Assembly (NCBI GenBank): GCA_963714275.1
Contig: CAVQNT010000004.1
Coordinates: 63,071 to 127,070, forward strand
Length of the DNA stretch: 64,000 nucleotides
Direction: 5' to 3'
Source: Candidatus Bathyarchaeota archaeon
Lineage (GTDB): Archaea; Thermoproteota; Bathyarchaeia; Bathyarchaeales; DTEX01
The translations under genes were made by a program, and so were the position numbers. Of the stretch, positions 1 through 10,349 are shown one piece after another. Numbering within the stretch: the first letter of the stretch is position 1; every line of letters starts with the position of its first letter. The notes beneath the pieces are model-generated. The model worked only from the letters and a program-made list of their open reading frames with translations, made no database searches and was not told where the DNA came from.

Positions 1-174
1 ACTTGTCTGATTTGTGTGACAATACTAGAGCTTATGAAACAAACATTACACTATTTCGTGGAAGCTCAGCTCACTTTAAAACCATACTTTTTTTTACACG
101 TTTTTTTTGATTGATATTTTTTGTTTCCACAAATAGATCCTTCACTGATGATGATTTTAGATCTTTTTTGTATC

Positions 175-430
175 GTGGGCGCAGTTGTGTTCCGCGCAAC
201 TAACACTCGGCATCATCGCGAGGCGGGCACGCCATTCTCAGCCAAGCTCTCTCTTACGCGGCTTTTCTGGCGCCCACGCCCGCCTTGTCCCGCTTCTGGG
301 TAAACTCTCCATCACTGAAGGATGCGGAAGCATCCGTCTTTGTCGAGTCCGTCTAGGCGGGCCCATTTATGGGTTAGGCGGGATTAACTGAGCTCATATC
401 ATCGCCATTCTAGACTGTGATGCGGTTTTT
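175..430 (+). ncRNA. Candidate structured non-coding RNA, family unassigned
   Basis: GC-rich island inside AT-rich intergenic DNA. Local stems include AGGCGGGC (221-228) pairing with GCCCGCCT (278-285), and a GGATGC-GGAA-GCATCC hairpin (320-335) with a GNRA-type loop. An AT-rich TATA-like stretch lies about 25 nt upstream and a T5 run at 426-430. Track ORFs 121..303 and 185..391 look non-protein-like. No SRP, RNase P, 5S or tRNA consensus recognised by eye. Confidence 0.3.
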
Positions 431-471
431 AGATAAACATTTCTATATTAGGCTCGTAGGCAGCGAATTGT

Positions 472-2169
472 TCAAGTTTTTTCCAAGAGGTATTGCCCTA
501 ACTTGTTAAGGTTGATTTCGAAAGCAGCAGCTGGGTTTTCTAAGCCCCAGTTCTGAAGCACCTGAGGGTGAATTTCGCCCATGAACCCTAGTTCTATACC
601 CTTAACAACTATTTTGCCCATTCTGCCTTCGATGAAGCTTCCGTGACGAGCTTCAGTCAGCGAGTAGGAAGCCCCTAGGTTAACGAGTAAAGCGTCAAGC
701 ATAGATTTTGCTTCAGTGAAGCTTGCGTTTGAATGAAGCGTTACACAGGCAAGAGTTTCGATGTCGCTTGTTCTGTTTTCTTTTTCTTCGTCATGGATGA
801 CGCAGTATCCGACCTCAAAAATTTTCTGCGGATATTCCACGTGAGTGTTGTGACCAAGAAACTCCATTAGGCTTGGAAGCAGCCAGTTTCTTAGGCAAGT
901 CATTGACGCAAGTCTCGGATTTGCAATTTCGACGACCCTTTGCGGCTCAATGTTCATCTTCGTGGACAAAACCTCAGGAGCTGTCATAATGTAGGTTAGG
1001 GTTTCTTGAAACCCAAGTCCTACCATTAATTCTCTTATGAGGTCGCAGAACCCAGTTTCATGCGACAAAGCCCCAATCGTCAGCAGCTGCGGCCATCTCG
1101 GCTGTATTCGGTTATAGTTGTATACTATGGCAATGTCCTCAACCACGTCAATCGGGTGAAGCACATCCACGCGGTAACACGGAACCTTCACAGTTACCTC
1201 GGATTTTGTAGCCTTGACCACGCCGTAACGGGCTTTCCCCAGAAGCCCCCTGATTTCTTTGGCACTCAGCTGCATTCCTATGACTTTGTGGATGTAGTCA
1301 ACATCCAGTCTGATGGTTTCGCCTTTAAGGTTAGGTGTCGTCATGTTCGCCGTTTCCTTGTATGGGTAGCGGATTTTTACTGAATGGATGCTTCCCCCAC
1401 GGTCAGCTAACGCAAGCGTAACATTCGTTAAAGTGTTAAGAACGGTGCCAATAGCTGTCCCCGTAACCTCAACAAGAATGTTTTCCGTTTCAGAGGTAAC
1501 CCGTCCTAGATCATTCGAGTTTATTACGGGCGGGAACGAGAGAACCTTGTTTTCGGAATCCGTGAAAATTGGCCACATAGGATGACTGCGGACGATGTAC
1601 CCATATTCCATTCCCTTGGGATGTTTTTCCAGAATTTCTACAAGAGTCAGCTTCTCAGAAAAATCAAGTGGCACAAAACTGACTACTTTTGGATTAGCGA
1701 CTCCATAACGAAGCGGAGGATTAATCAAATCAAAATCATAAAGACCAATAGACGTTCTTCTTCGGTTTCTACCGTAAGTCTGGTCCATCTTATCTTGGAA
1801 ATGCATTATTTGGCGGATCGCCACATCCGAGAGTTTGACGCCTTTCATTACGGAACAAGCAATGTATGGGCGTATATTCTTCAGCTTCGAGTCTACGTGA
1901 ACAACGACTCCAGAACTGCCCTCTATTTCATAATTTTTTGGTCCTGTCTCAAGTCCGAGGTATCCTCTTAAGGCTCTGGCTAGTCCTTCGACGCTCCAGA
2001 TGTCAGCGCGGTTGCTGTCTTTTAACTCTACTCGGATTTCCTGAGACTCAAGGTTTTTTGCTTCGCCCTTGACGTATGACAGTATGTCGTTGAGTTCCTC
2101 TTCGTCTCGAGGCAGCTTCATGCCAAGTAATGATTCTAGGTCTTCAAGTTCAACTTCGATAGTCGGCAC
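472..2169 (-). CDS. pheT: Phenylalanine--tRNA ligase beta subunit (archaeal type)
   Basis: Intact 565-aa ORF with archaeal PheT architecture. It abuts pheS (2169/2170). Confidence 0.9.
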   Translation of the reverse strand: MPTIEVELEDLESLLGMKLPRDEEELNDILSYVKGEAKNLESQEIRVELKDSNRADIWSVEGLARALRGYLGLETGPKNYEIEGSSGVVVHVDSKLKNIRPYIACSVMKGVKLSDVAIRQIMHFQDKMDQTYGRNRRRTSIGLYDFDLINPPLRYGVANPKVVSFVPLDFSEKLTLVEILEKHPKGMEYGYIVRSHPMWPIFTDSENKVLSFPPVINSNDLGRVTSETENILVEVTGTAIGTVLNTLTNVTLALADRGGSIHSVKIRYPYKETANMTTPNLKGETIRLDVDYIHKVIGMQLSAKEIRGLLGKARYGVVKATKSEVTVKVPCYRVDVLHPIDVVEDIAIVYNYNRIQPRWPQLLTIGALSHETGFCDLIRELMVGLGFQETLTYIMTAPEVLSTKMNIEPQRVVEIANPRLASMTCLRNWLLPSLMEFLGHNTHVEYPQKIFEVGYCVIHDEEKENRTSDIETLACVTLHSNASFTEAKSMLDALLVNLGASYSLTEARHGSFIEGRMGKIVVKGIELGFMGEIHPQVLQNWGLENPAAAFEINLNKLGQYLLEKT

Positions 2170-3680
2170 CTAAACCATCTCCATGCGTCTCAACCAATCC
2201 AAGTCCTGCGCGAACAGGTAACGGATGTCGTCGATTCCCGCTTTCATCATGAACAATCGGTCAACACCCAAACCCCAAGCTAACACAGGCACTTTGATGC
2301 CCAAGGGAAGCGTAAGCTCCGGACGGAAGATGCCTGAACCTCCGAACTCCATCCACCCGTGACCTTTTTTGTAAGCAACCAGCTCAACGCTTGGCTCAGT
2401 GAACGGGAAGTAGTCTGGCCGATACTTGACCTTGTCTGCCCCTGCCACGTCAATCGCAAACTTCTCTAGGACGCCAAGCAGGTTCATGAGCGTAAGGTCT
2501 TCGCCGATGATTATGCCCTCAACCTGGTTGAACTCAGTCAGATGAGTCTTGTCAATCACGTCCGGACGGAAGCACCGCGCTATCGCGAAATATTTTCCCG
2601 GAACTTCAAGGTCCTCGCTAATCAGTGTTCTTGCGCTGGCTGCTGTTGTTTGGCTCCGCAGCATCAAACGTGCAGCCTCAAACTTTGAAAAAGTGTAGCC
2701 CCAGCCTTTTGAGCCAGTTTTCCATCCGTTTTCGTGCGTTTCCTTAACCTTATCTAAGAAGCGTTGGTAGTGTTCAAGACTGCCGTTTTCGGGTTCTTTG
2801 ATAAAATACATGTCGTGGACTTCTCTGGCTGGGTGGTCTTGAGGCATGAAAAGTCCGTCGCAGTTGAAGAAGCTGAGCTCAACGTTCGGACCAACCATCT
2901 CTTTGAAGCCAAAAGCAACGAGCCTATTTTTTAGGTCGTCAAGGAACCTCAGATACGGATGCTTCTTTCCAGGCCACGTGTGAGCCACTGGCGCCTTGAT
3001 GTCGTAGGTTCGAAGCCTTGTTTCCCTCCATCTACCTGAAACGATTAGTTCAGGTGCGAGACTGACTTACCTCTGATGTAACCTCAACGCCTTTTCTGAC
3101 CAAGTCCCATCCGGCTGCGGTGACTCCAACTCCTCTCCGTTTCAACGTGGACCTCAACAATTTTTCTACCCTTCAATGTCTCGACGGCTTCTTTCAATTC
3201 GTCGCTCAGGTCATCAACAACCACGCTTTCTTTTCCTTTTAACAATGATAAAAGTTTCTCGTCTGAGCCTTCAGCTGGTTCCTTCAACAATCTCAATTCT
3301 TGGGACTCCTTCTCTATCGCTGCCCATCCCTTACGGTTTATCCAGCCGAGAGCGATGACTGAAATGTTCCTGTATAACGAAGCAGCCCGTAATACGGCTT
3401 CTTTGCTTGCCTTTCCTCCCATATTTTTAAGAATTTTTACTAATCTTCTTTCTGGAAGCCCTTCTTCCGCGTATCTTCTTCCTTCGTCATTAAGCGAAAT
3501 TTTTGTTCTCTTCTTTTCATGAACCATTACCAAATTTAATGTTTCGAGTGAGAGGGTGGCTCGCATGACCGCAGAATCAGTTAATCCGCTGGCTTGAACA
3601 ATGTGGTCAACGGTCGAATGTCCCCTAGATTCCTTTAAGGTAAGCAACGTCTTGCTTTCGTTTTCGCGGAGATCAGCCAT
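2170..3680 (-). CDS. pheS: Phenylalanine--tRNA ligase alpha subunit, interrupted by two apparent frameshifts
   Basis: Fragments are 3084..3680 (N-terminal winged-helix repeats) and 2170..2988 (class II catalytic core: FRPD, FTEPS, GLGVDRL). Alternative frames across 2989-3140 read a continuous PheS-like sequence (VGVTAAGWDLVRKGVEVTSEVSQ / APELIVSGRWRETRLRTYDIKAPVAHTWPGKKHP). Confidence 0.88.
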
Positions 3681-3796
3681 GTTTCAGCCTTCCTTTTTCG
3701 GATTGAAACGTTATATCGGATTCGCGTTTGACGAACCCTAACTTATAATTTATGTTTTGTTAATAAGCCTTCGTCGGTAGAAAAAACTGGATTCGG

Positions 3797-4830
3797 TTAA
3801 AACCACGCTTCCAATGTGGTCTTCTTTTTTGACTCCTTCATTCCATCGGTCGCCTTTGAAAGAGCCTTCTGCACACGTTCCTCCGAAAAATCTTTTTCGC
3901 CACACAAAAACCCTACGACACCTTCAAAGTCAGGTTCCCGCCAATTAAGAACGTAGCTGTCAGTAACTCTTGGGTGAACAAAAACGTCTCTAATGAGCTG
4001 AGGCTCAACGGGGAATGCGGCATCTTTCAATACAGGAAGCGCCAGCTTCGAGGCTTCCGTGTTCCTTTATCAGCTTAAGCGCGGATTTTGGTCCTACGCC
4101 TTTCACGCCGTCCGGATTGTAGTCAGTGCCAATGAGGATGCCTATGTCGATGAGCTGTCCGTGCGTGATTCCCAACTCCTTAAGGGTCTTCGCCATTTCC
4201 ACGATTTCAGGCACAACCTCAATGTACACGTTCTTCCTGGGAAGCTTCCTTTTCCCCGAAATCGTCAAGTTCCTAAGAAGAAGCGGAGCTCCGAATAAAA
4301 GGCTGTCAAAATCCTGGCTGGAACAATAGTTAGCGTCTCCCTTTTCAGCAATGTAGAGCTGCTTGAGCCTCTCCTTCCGATGGCGCTTGAACCCAGGGAA
4401 TCCCCATGCACTTTAGGAGACGCTTCGAATCGTCCGCCATGTAGTCCTTAAGGCGACTCGTCATCTGAGCGTACGTTCGCGCCTCCTCCGTTTTTCCCGC
4501 AACCAACGCACGCTCGTACTTTACCTGTGCTTCCTCCTTAATCTTCGACCTGCGCTTTATCTCCGCTTCTTTGAGGGTAGGCGGCATCCCGTCGAAGACA
4601 TAGATGGCTTTTATTCCCATCTCCATGAGGTTGCATGTCCTGTAAAACAAGCCACTTAGGTGGCTCGTGATCAACCCTCTATGATCTTTCAGGGGCGTCC
4701 CGTCGGGCTGCCTAATGATTGCCAGAAACTGGTAAAGAGCGTTGTACGCGTCGATGGCGACCTTTTTTCCATTAAGGTTTTTTAGGTCAACCGCCGTTTT
4801 CGGAACCAAATCCCCTAAATTGACGCCCAT
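3797..4830 (-). CDS. fen: Flap endonuclease 1 (FEN-1), interrupted by two or more frameshifts
   Basis: Fragments are 4345..4830 (N domain [21 protein letters not shown] domain [16 protein letters not shown]), 4005..4268 (H3[23 protein letters not shown]) and 3797..4030 (C-terminal PIP box TTLEAWF). Confidence 0.9.
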
Positions 4831-5011
4831 CGTTCATCACTCAAATGGTTTTATTCGCCAGAATTATTATCGTTAATCAGTTTTTTCTTGTAATAGTATA
4901 ACGTTTTACGGATTTACCTTTTTTGTTAATTGTTCAACTGCTCAGTTAAATACGTGATTCAATAATCTTGTGAGTGACACAGCCAAGATTGAGTATGGTT
5001 AAGGTGGAAAA

Positions 5012-5904
5012 ATGGCGTTTCGAAAACCGGAACGGGAGCTATCAACCACTGAAATCCTGAGCCTATCCTTAAGCATGTATTCGTCGAAGTTTGACCTTTT
5101 TCTTGTTCCCTTCCTTTTAACCGCTGTCGTGAACAGCTTCGTAAACTATGTGCTTTGGAGGTTTGCGCCAGCCATTGAGTACCTCAAAACACAGCGGAAA
5201 TCGTTACGTGGCTGCTTGATTACTTGATCGCTATTATTCCCGTGTTAGTAGCATCCGTCGTCATCGGCTGGGTCATAAACTCGATAGCCAATGGGATGGT
5301 CATAAAAATGTCCTCTGAGATGTTTGAAGGAAGACCTGCAACCTTCAAAGTTGGGCTAAATTCTGTTCTGTCCAGTCTTCCGACTCTCCTCATTTCTGGC
5401 ATAATAGTATCCGCATTAACGATCCTTGGGTTAATCTTTTTCGTAATCCCAGGAATCATCGCAGTCATAATTTTCAGCTTAACCGTGCAGGTGATCATGA
5501 TTGAACGGCATAACGTTTCTGCGAGTTTATGGAGAAGCAGAAGGTTAGTCGCCAACAGATGGTCAAAAACTTTAGCCATTCTTGTTGCGGTTTTACTGTT
5601 GACAGCCATTTCAAACTTCGTAGGAAGAATCGTAGGCAGCTATGTCGTATCATATGATAGCACCATGGGACTGATAATCGAAAGCATTATTTCGTCACTC
5701 GCCCAACCCATCCAGCCGATTATGTTAACTTTATTTTATTATTCGTTGCGTGCAAGAGAAAAACCCGGAGAACAAGTGATACCTCCTCACCAGTATCCGC
5801 CGATGTCTCCGTTGTACCAGCCTAACTTCTGTTACAAATGCGGAGAAAGACTGCCTCCGGACGCAATCTTTTGCCCCAAATGCGGAGCTAACGTAAAATC
5901 TTAG
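5012..5904 (+). CDS. Multi-pass membrane protein with C-terminal zinc-ribbon (one apparent frameshift)
   Basis: Fragments 5012..5227 and 5224..5904. Several hydrophobic helices, with a C-terminal FCYKCGERLPPDAIFCPKCGANV double CxxC zinc-ribbon. Confidence 0.55.
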
Positions 5905-5987
5905 AAACTTGCAGGCTTACGTTGGCCAGAGTCATCTACCTTTAATATTCCCTTAGTGAATTGTAGAATTAAAAGCGGGAATTAGAC

Positions 5988-7748
5988 TTGAAGTATTCGT
6001 TAGTTGCGGATGCTTACGAGAAGATTGAGGCGACAACCAAAAGGCTAGAGATGACTAACTATCTTGTTGAGATGCTGAAAAATACTCCGAAGACCATCAT
6101 TGACAAGGTCGTCTACCTCACTCAGGGGAAAGCTTACCGGACTTCACAGGAATCGAGATAGGCATAGCTGAGAAACTTGCTGTCAGAGCGGTTGCCAAAG
6201 TAACTGGGAGAAGCGAAGACAAGATTGAAAGTGACCTGAGGCAAACAGGAGACCTCGGCGAAACCACTCAAAAGTTCCTCGAAAGCAAAAAGCAAGTCAC
6301 TTTTTTTCCGCAGCTGCTCACGGTTGAAAGAGTCTACGACATGCTTGACAGGATTGCCAAGTCAACAGGTTCAGGTTCAGTGAACCAGAAGTTAAGCCTT
6401 CTCGCTGGACTGTTAGCTAACGCCGATTCCAAAGAAGCAAAGTATATCATCAGAACCGTGACTGGAAAACTTCGGGTAGGAATAGCGGACATGACTGTCC
6501 TAGACGCCTTAGCCATCGCTTACGGTGGCGGAAAAGAGTTGAGACCCCTTTTTGAACGGGCTTACAACGTCTCGTCCGATTTGGGTAGGGTCGCAAAAAC
6601 GGTTGTTGAGTTAGGACCGGAAGAACTGAAGGGGTTTGAGGTGTCAATTGGGGAGCCCATCAGGCCTATGCTTGCTGAACGGTTGAGCTCAACACAGGAA
6701 ATCCTCGCAAAGCTGGGTGGAAAATGCATCGCCGAGTACAAGTATGACGGTGAAAGAATCCAAGACTCACAAGGACGGGGACGAAGTTACGCTTTTCTCA
6801 AGGAGACTCGAAAATATTTCAAGCCAATACCCAGACATCGTTAAGATAATTAGGGAAAGCGTAATTCCAAACAAGGTCATAATCGAGGCAGAATGCGTCG
6901 CGGTTGATACTGAAACCGGAGAGATGAAGCCTTTTCAGGAACTAATGCGCCGCAGACGGAAACATGGGATTCAGGAGGCAGCGGAGGAGAATCCCGTCTC
7001 GTTGTTCGTGTTTGACGTTCTTTATGTCGACGGGAAAGACCTGACCCTAGAAACATACCCAGTTCGCCACGAGACTCTGCAAAGCCTCATCAAAGAGCAC
7101 AAGTGTGTAAAGACAGCCAAATACATATTGACGGAAGACTCCAACGAGCTTGAAAGGTTCTTTGAGGAAGCTATCGAAGACGGTTGCGAAGGTTTAATAT
7201 GCAAATCGGTCAGCAGCGACTCCGTTTATCAAGCTGGGGCAAGAGGCTGGCTGTGGATAAAATACAAGCGGGACTACAAGAGCGAGATGAGAGACACGAT
7301 TGACCTTGTCGCCATAGGCGCCTTCTACGGAAGAGGAAAAAGGGCTGGAACATACGGCGCACTTCTTCTCGCAACCTATAATCCACAACAAGACACCTTT
7401 GAAACAATCTGCAAATGCGGGTCAGGATTCACGGATGAAGACCTAGAAAAGATTCCGAAAATGCTGGAAAGCCACCGAATTCTCCACCATCATGCCAGAG
7501 TTGAATCAAAGCTCGAGGCGGACGTATGGTTCGAGCCGAAGGTTGTCCTCGAAATCATCGGAGCCGAAATCACTTTAAGCCCAATCCACACCTGTGCCGC
7601 GAATACCATTAGAGAAGGCAGCGGCTTAGCCATACGGTTTCCGAGGTTCACAGGAAACTTCCGCCTTGACAAGTCAGTCGAAGACGCCACAGCTGTTGAC
7701 GAGGTTGTTGAGATGTACCGCAGCCAACTAAAAACCATTGAGGCTTAG
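5988..7748 (+). CDS. lig: ATP-dependent DNA ligase, interrupted by two frameshifts
   Basis: Fragments are 5988..6161 (TTG start, N-terminal DNA-binding domain), about 6137..6844 and 6717..7748. Adenylation motif I AEYKYDGER, EGLICKS, WLWIKYKRDY, and a C-terminal OB domain. Confidence 0.9.
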
Positions 7749-7825
7749 AAACAGTCATTTGCTAAAAATATAGAACTGATTAAGTATTTGTGATGTAAAA
7801 GTTCCAAGTCGAGTTAAGCCTCAGG

Positions 7826-8017
7826 CGCTGCCCAGCCCGTGCAAAGCGTTGTCTTTGACGTGCATCGGTCTTCAGTCGTTTCGTCCGGTGCTCTCAACGC
7901 TTTAACGCATCGCGCTTTAAGTGTCGCCCAGCCCATTGAAGCGACGTCTTCGTCACACGCCATTCTTCAGCTGTTTTGTTTGGCGCGTTCATCGTTTCAA
8001 TGCAACGCTTGAAGCGT
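7826..8017. repeat. Tandem duplication of a ~96-nt GC-rich, hairpin-rich unit in an intergenic region
   Basis: Unit A is about 7826-7921 and unit B about 7922-8017. GCCCAGCCC sits at 7830-7838 and 7926-7934 (96-nt period). Roughly two-thirds identity by eye, with conserved blocks GTCTT, CTTCAG, GTTT, TCA.CG.TT.AA.GCA.CGC. Confidence 0.5.
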
Positions 8018-8260
8018 GCTTCCCAGGTTGGGATTCAATCCTTGTGTCTAACTGAAATTTAAGGTTTTTGCACAAATTATTGAACTAAATTGTATTCAAT
8101 TTTTTAAAAACGGAGAGTTCAGAGTTTAACCGTTATCAGAGTCTCGGATTCCTATTTTTATGAGAATTCGGATGTTCGACAACTGTTTTTTCCGCTGAAC
8201 ATGCCAATAATGTGGTCGGGATATTAGGTGCAAATATTCAAGTTTTTTCTAATCTGAGCC

Positions 8261-8301
8261 TAGGTGATGCTTTTTTAGGTCATGTTCACATTTAGGTCAT
8301 G
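8261..8301 (+). promoter_or_regulatory. Three direct repeats TAGGT(G/C)ATG upstream of ORF 8366
   Basis: Copies start at about 8261, 8277 and 8294 (16-17 nt spacing). TTTAGGTCATG is exact at 8274-8284 and 8291-8301. They lie 65-105 nt upstream of the 8366 start. Confidence 0.3.
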
Positions 8302-8365
8302 GTTTTTGATAAAAAAATTTAAATGGTTTTATACAATATTCTGTATGATTCGGTAGGCGTTCTGT

Positions 8366-8983
8366 TTGAATGAATTCGATAAAGACCTTAACGTCTTAGC
8401 GGAAAGGCTTTGCCTTGGCGAGGAAAAATATGTTTCTAAAGAAATTGTGAGGTTGAGAGATCGACTGATTACTCTTCATGACAGCAATCTTGTGAAGATT
8501 AACCATTCCGTCATGGAGCTTGTCTGCGCGAAATATCTGGTTCTTGCTGGCTATTACGTTGATTTGGAAAGAACCCTTAATGGTATATCGTGTGACATTT
8601 ATGCCACGAAGGGACTCGGTGCGTTGATAATCGAGGTGGAAACGGGCTTTGTCCCGCCTGAACATGCGCTTGATCCGTCAACCTACATTAAAGCCCGAAT
8701 AGCAAGCAAAATCACCCGTTACAGCGGTTTTGCTGAAAAGTTTGGGTTAGCTGTTCCGTCGCATTATGTCATGCCTGTCCCTCAGGTTTTGGTTGAGCCT
8801 TCCCGTAGCCGTCGCGACGACGAAATAATGGCGGTCAAAAAATTATGCGACATGTACTATAGTAACCCTCCGGTGAGCCTTAACGAAATAAGGAACGCCC
8901 GCATCCACACAATCTACATCTTGGACGTTGACAACGGCACAGTGAAAGAAACTGAACCAGCCACCTACATAGAAAAAGTCTGA
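8366..8983 (+). CDS. Hypothetical protein, possible PD-(D/E)xK nuclease-fold
   Basis: 205-aa ORF. The segment CDIYATKGLGALIIEVETG resembles the D..(E/D)xK core strand pattern of restriction-endonuclease-like proteins. No stronger match recognised. Confidence 0.4.
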   Translation: MNEFDKDLNVLAERLCLGEEKYVSKEIVRLRDRLITLHDSNLVKINHSVMELVCAKYLVLAGYYVDLERTLNGISCDIYATKGLGALIIEVETGFVPPEHALDPSTYIKARIASKITRYSGFAEKFGLAVPSHYVMPVPQVLVEPSRSRRDDEIMAVKKLCDMYYSNPPVSLNEIRNARIHTIYILDVDNGTVKETEPATYIEKV

Positions 8984-9163
8984 ACACTATATTCTTTAAC
9001 ACAGAACCATGCGGATGTAGGGTGCTGCATAGATTTTGTTAAATGGAAATCTCGAACTTTCCAAAATCGTTAAGAACTTTTGAGATGTTTTTTAATCTAA
9101 CAAAACATGAACGACCCATCAAACCCGTCGGCGAGTTGAAAGAACCTAAAAGGAGACCCAGCG

Positions 9164-10349
9164 TTGAGAATATACTTTGGCGTTTGCGGCATTGGGCTTG
9201 GGCACGCTGGACGATGCGTCCCAATTGCTGAGAAACTTGTTGAGAAAGGAGCAGAGGTTTTGTTCTCAACCTATAGAGACGCCATTAAATACGTGGAGCA
9301 AGTCTGGTTTTCCTGTCGTTAAAGCCCCCGCAGTAGGCTTCGTAGTCAAGGCGGACGGAACTGTCGATTTCAGACAGACAATCGCCAATCCTGGACCAAT
9401 CTTAGCCTCATTCACACTAACGAAACAGGTCGAAAACGAAATCAAGTTCATACGAGCCTTTAAACCTGACGTGGTAATTTCGGACTCGCGGGTCTCTCCG
9501 TTGCTTGCAGCTAAAGTATTGGATGTCCCTGACATTTGCATCCTCAACCAGTTCCAAATAATTATCCCGCGGAGGTCTAGGCTTCTGAGGTTAGCCAAAC
9601 TGGTTGACACGGGCGCTCTAGCCATGATTGGGAAACTATGGACAAGCGGAGCGACACATCTTATGATACCCGATTTTCCGCCTCCGTACGTATTGTCTGC
9701 TGGGAACCTCAATATTCCGAAGGCCTACCAAAAACGGGTAAAATTAATTGGACCAATCTTGTCCGTTCATCCAGATGACCTTCCAAGCAAGGAAGAACTA
9801 CGAAACAGTTTAGGAATTGATGTTGATTCACAATTGGTTTATTTGCCTATCAGCGGTCCAGCCGAGGAACGTGCCTACATCACGGATTTGCTTCGGCAGA
9901 TTGTTCTGGACCTTCCGGACAGCTACCAAATTGTCATGTCTCTCGGATACCCCAACTCCCCCATGAAGCCCATTCATAAAGGAAACGTGCACATTTACGG
10001 GTGGATTCCGAACAGGTTCGATTATCTCAAAGCATGCGACCTTGTCGTGTCCAGAGCTGGGCATGGCACATTAACGCAGGGCATCTGTTATGGGAAACCG
10101 ATGGTTCTGATTCCGACCCCGAGCCACACTGAACAAGTCAACAACGCCCTAAGAGTCAAGGAGTTAGGCATAGCTGAAGTTTTGGACCAAAAAGAAGTAA
10201 GCAGGGACACCCTTGCGACAGTTATAGACGAAATGTTGTCAAACGAAAACCGCAAAAAAAGAGTCGAAGAAATCCAAAAGGACATTTCAGGCTTAAACGG
10301 ACTTAAGACAGCTGTTGAAACGATAATGCAAGTAGCCCAAAACAATTAG
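9164..10349 (+). CDS. Glycosyltransferase, MurG-like GT28/GT1 family (one frameshift near 9300)
   Basis: A TTG start at 9164 gives RIYFGVCGIGLGHAGRCVPIAEKL (G-rich N-terminal loop) in a different frame from track ORF 9177..10349. C-terminal SRAGHGTLTQGICYGKPMVLIPTPSHTEQVNNA is typical of Glyco_tran_28_C. Confidence 0.8.

Noticed and set aside
121-391. ORFs 121..303 and 185..391 as protein-coding genes.
   Set aside because: They overlap each other in a GC-rich, stem-rich island, and their Arg/Pro/Ala/Gly-rich products have no domain-like pattern. The region is better explained as structured non-coding sequence.
175-430. Assignment of the GC-rich island to SRP RNA, RNase P RNA, 5S rRNA or a tRNA.
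   Set aside because: By eye I found no helix-8 GGAA...AGCA motif pair, no GGAAAGUCC / ACAGAA P4 elements, no 5S loop consensus, and no acceptor/T-arm geometry. The family is left unassigned.
2989-3083. Programmed frameshift or intein/intron in pheS.
   Set aside because: The gap is only about 95 nt and translates, in alternative frames, into contiguous PheS sequence. Similar breaks occur in dozens of unrelated genes, so simple indel errors are the more economical explanation.
8020-8045. tRNA-like T-arm (GGGATTCAATCC).
   Set aside because: The flanking bases do not form a 5-bp T stem, and no acceptor, D or anticodon arms could be built on either strand.
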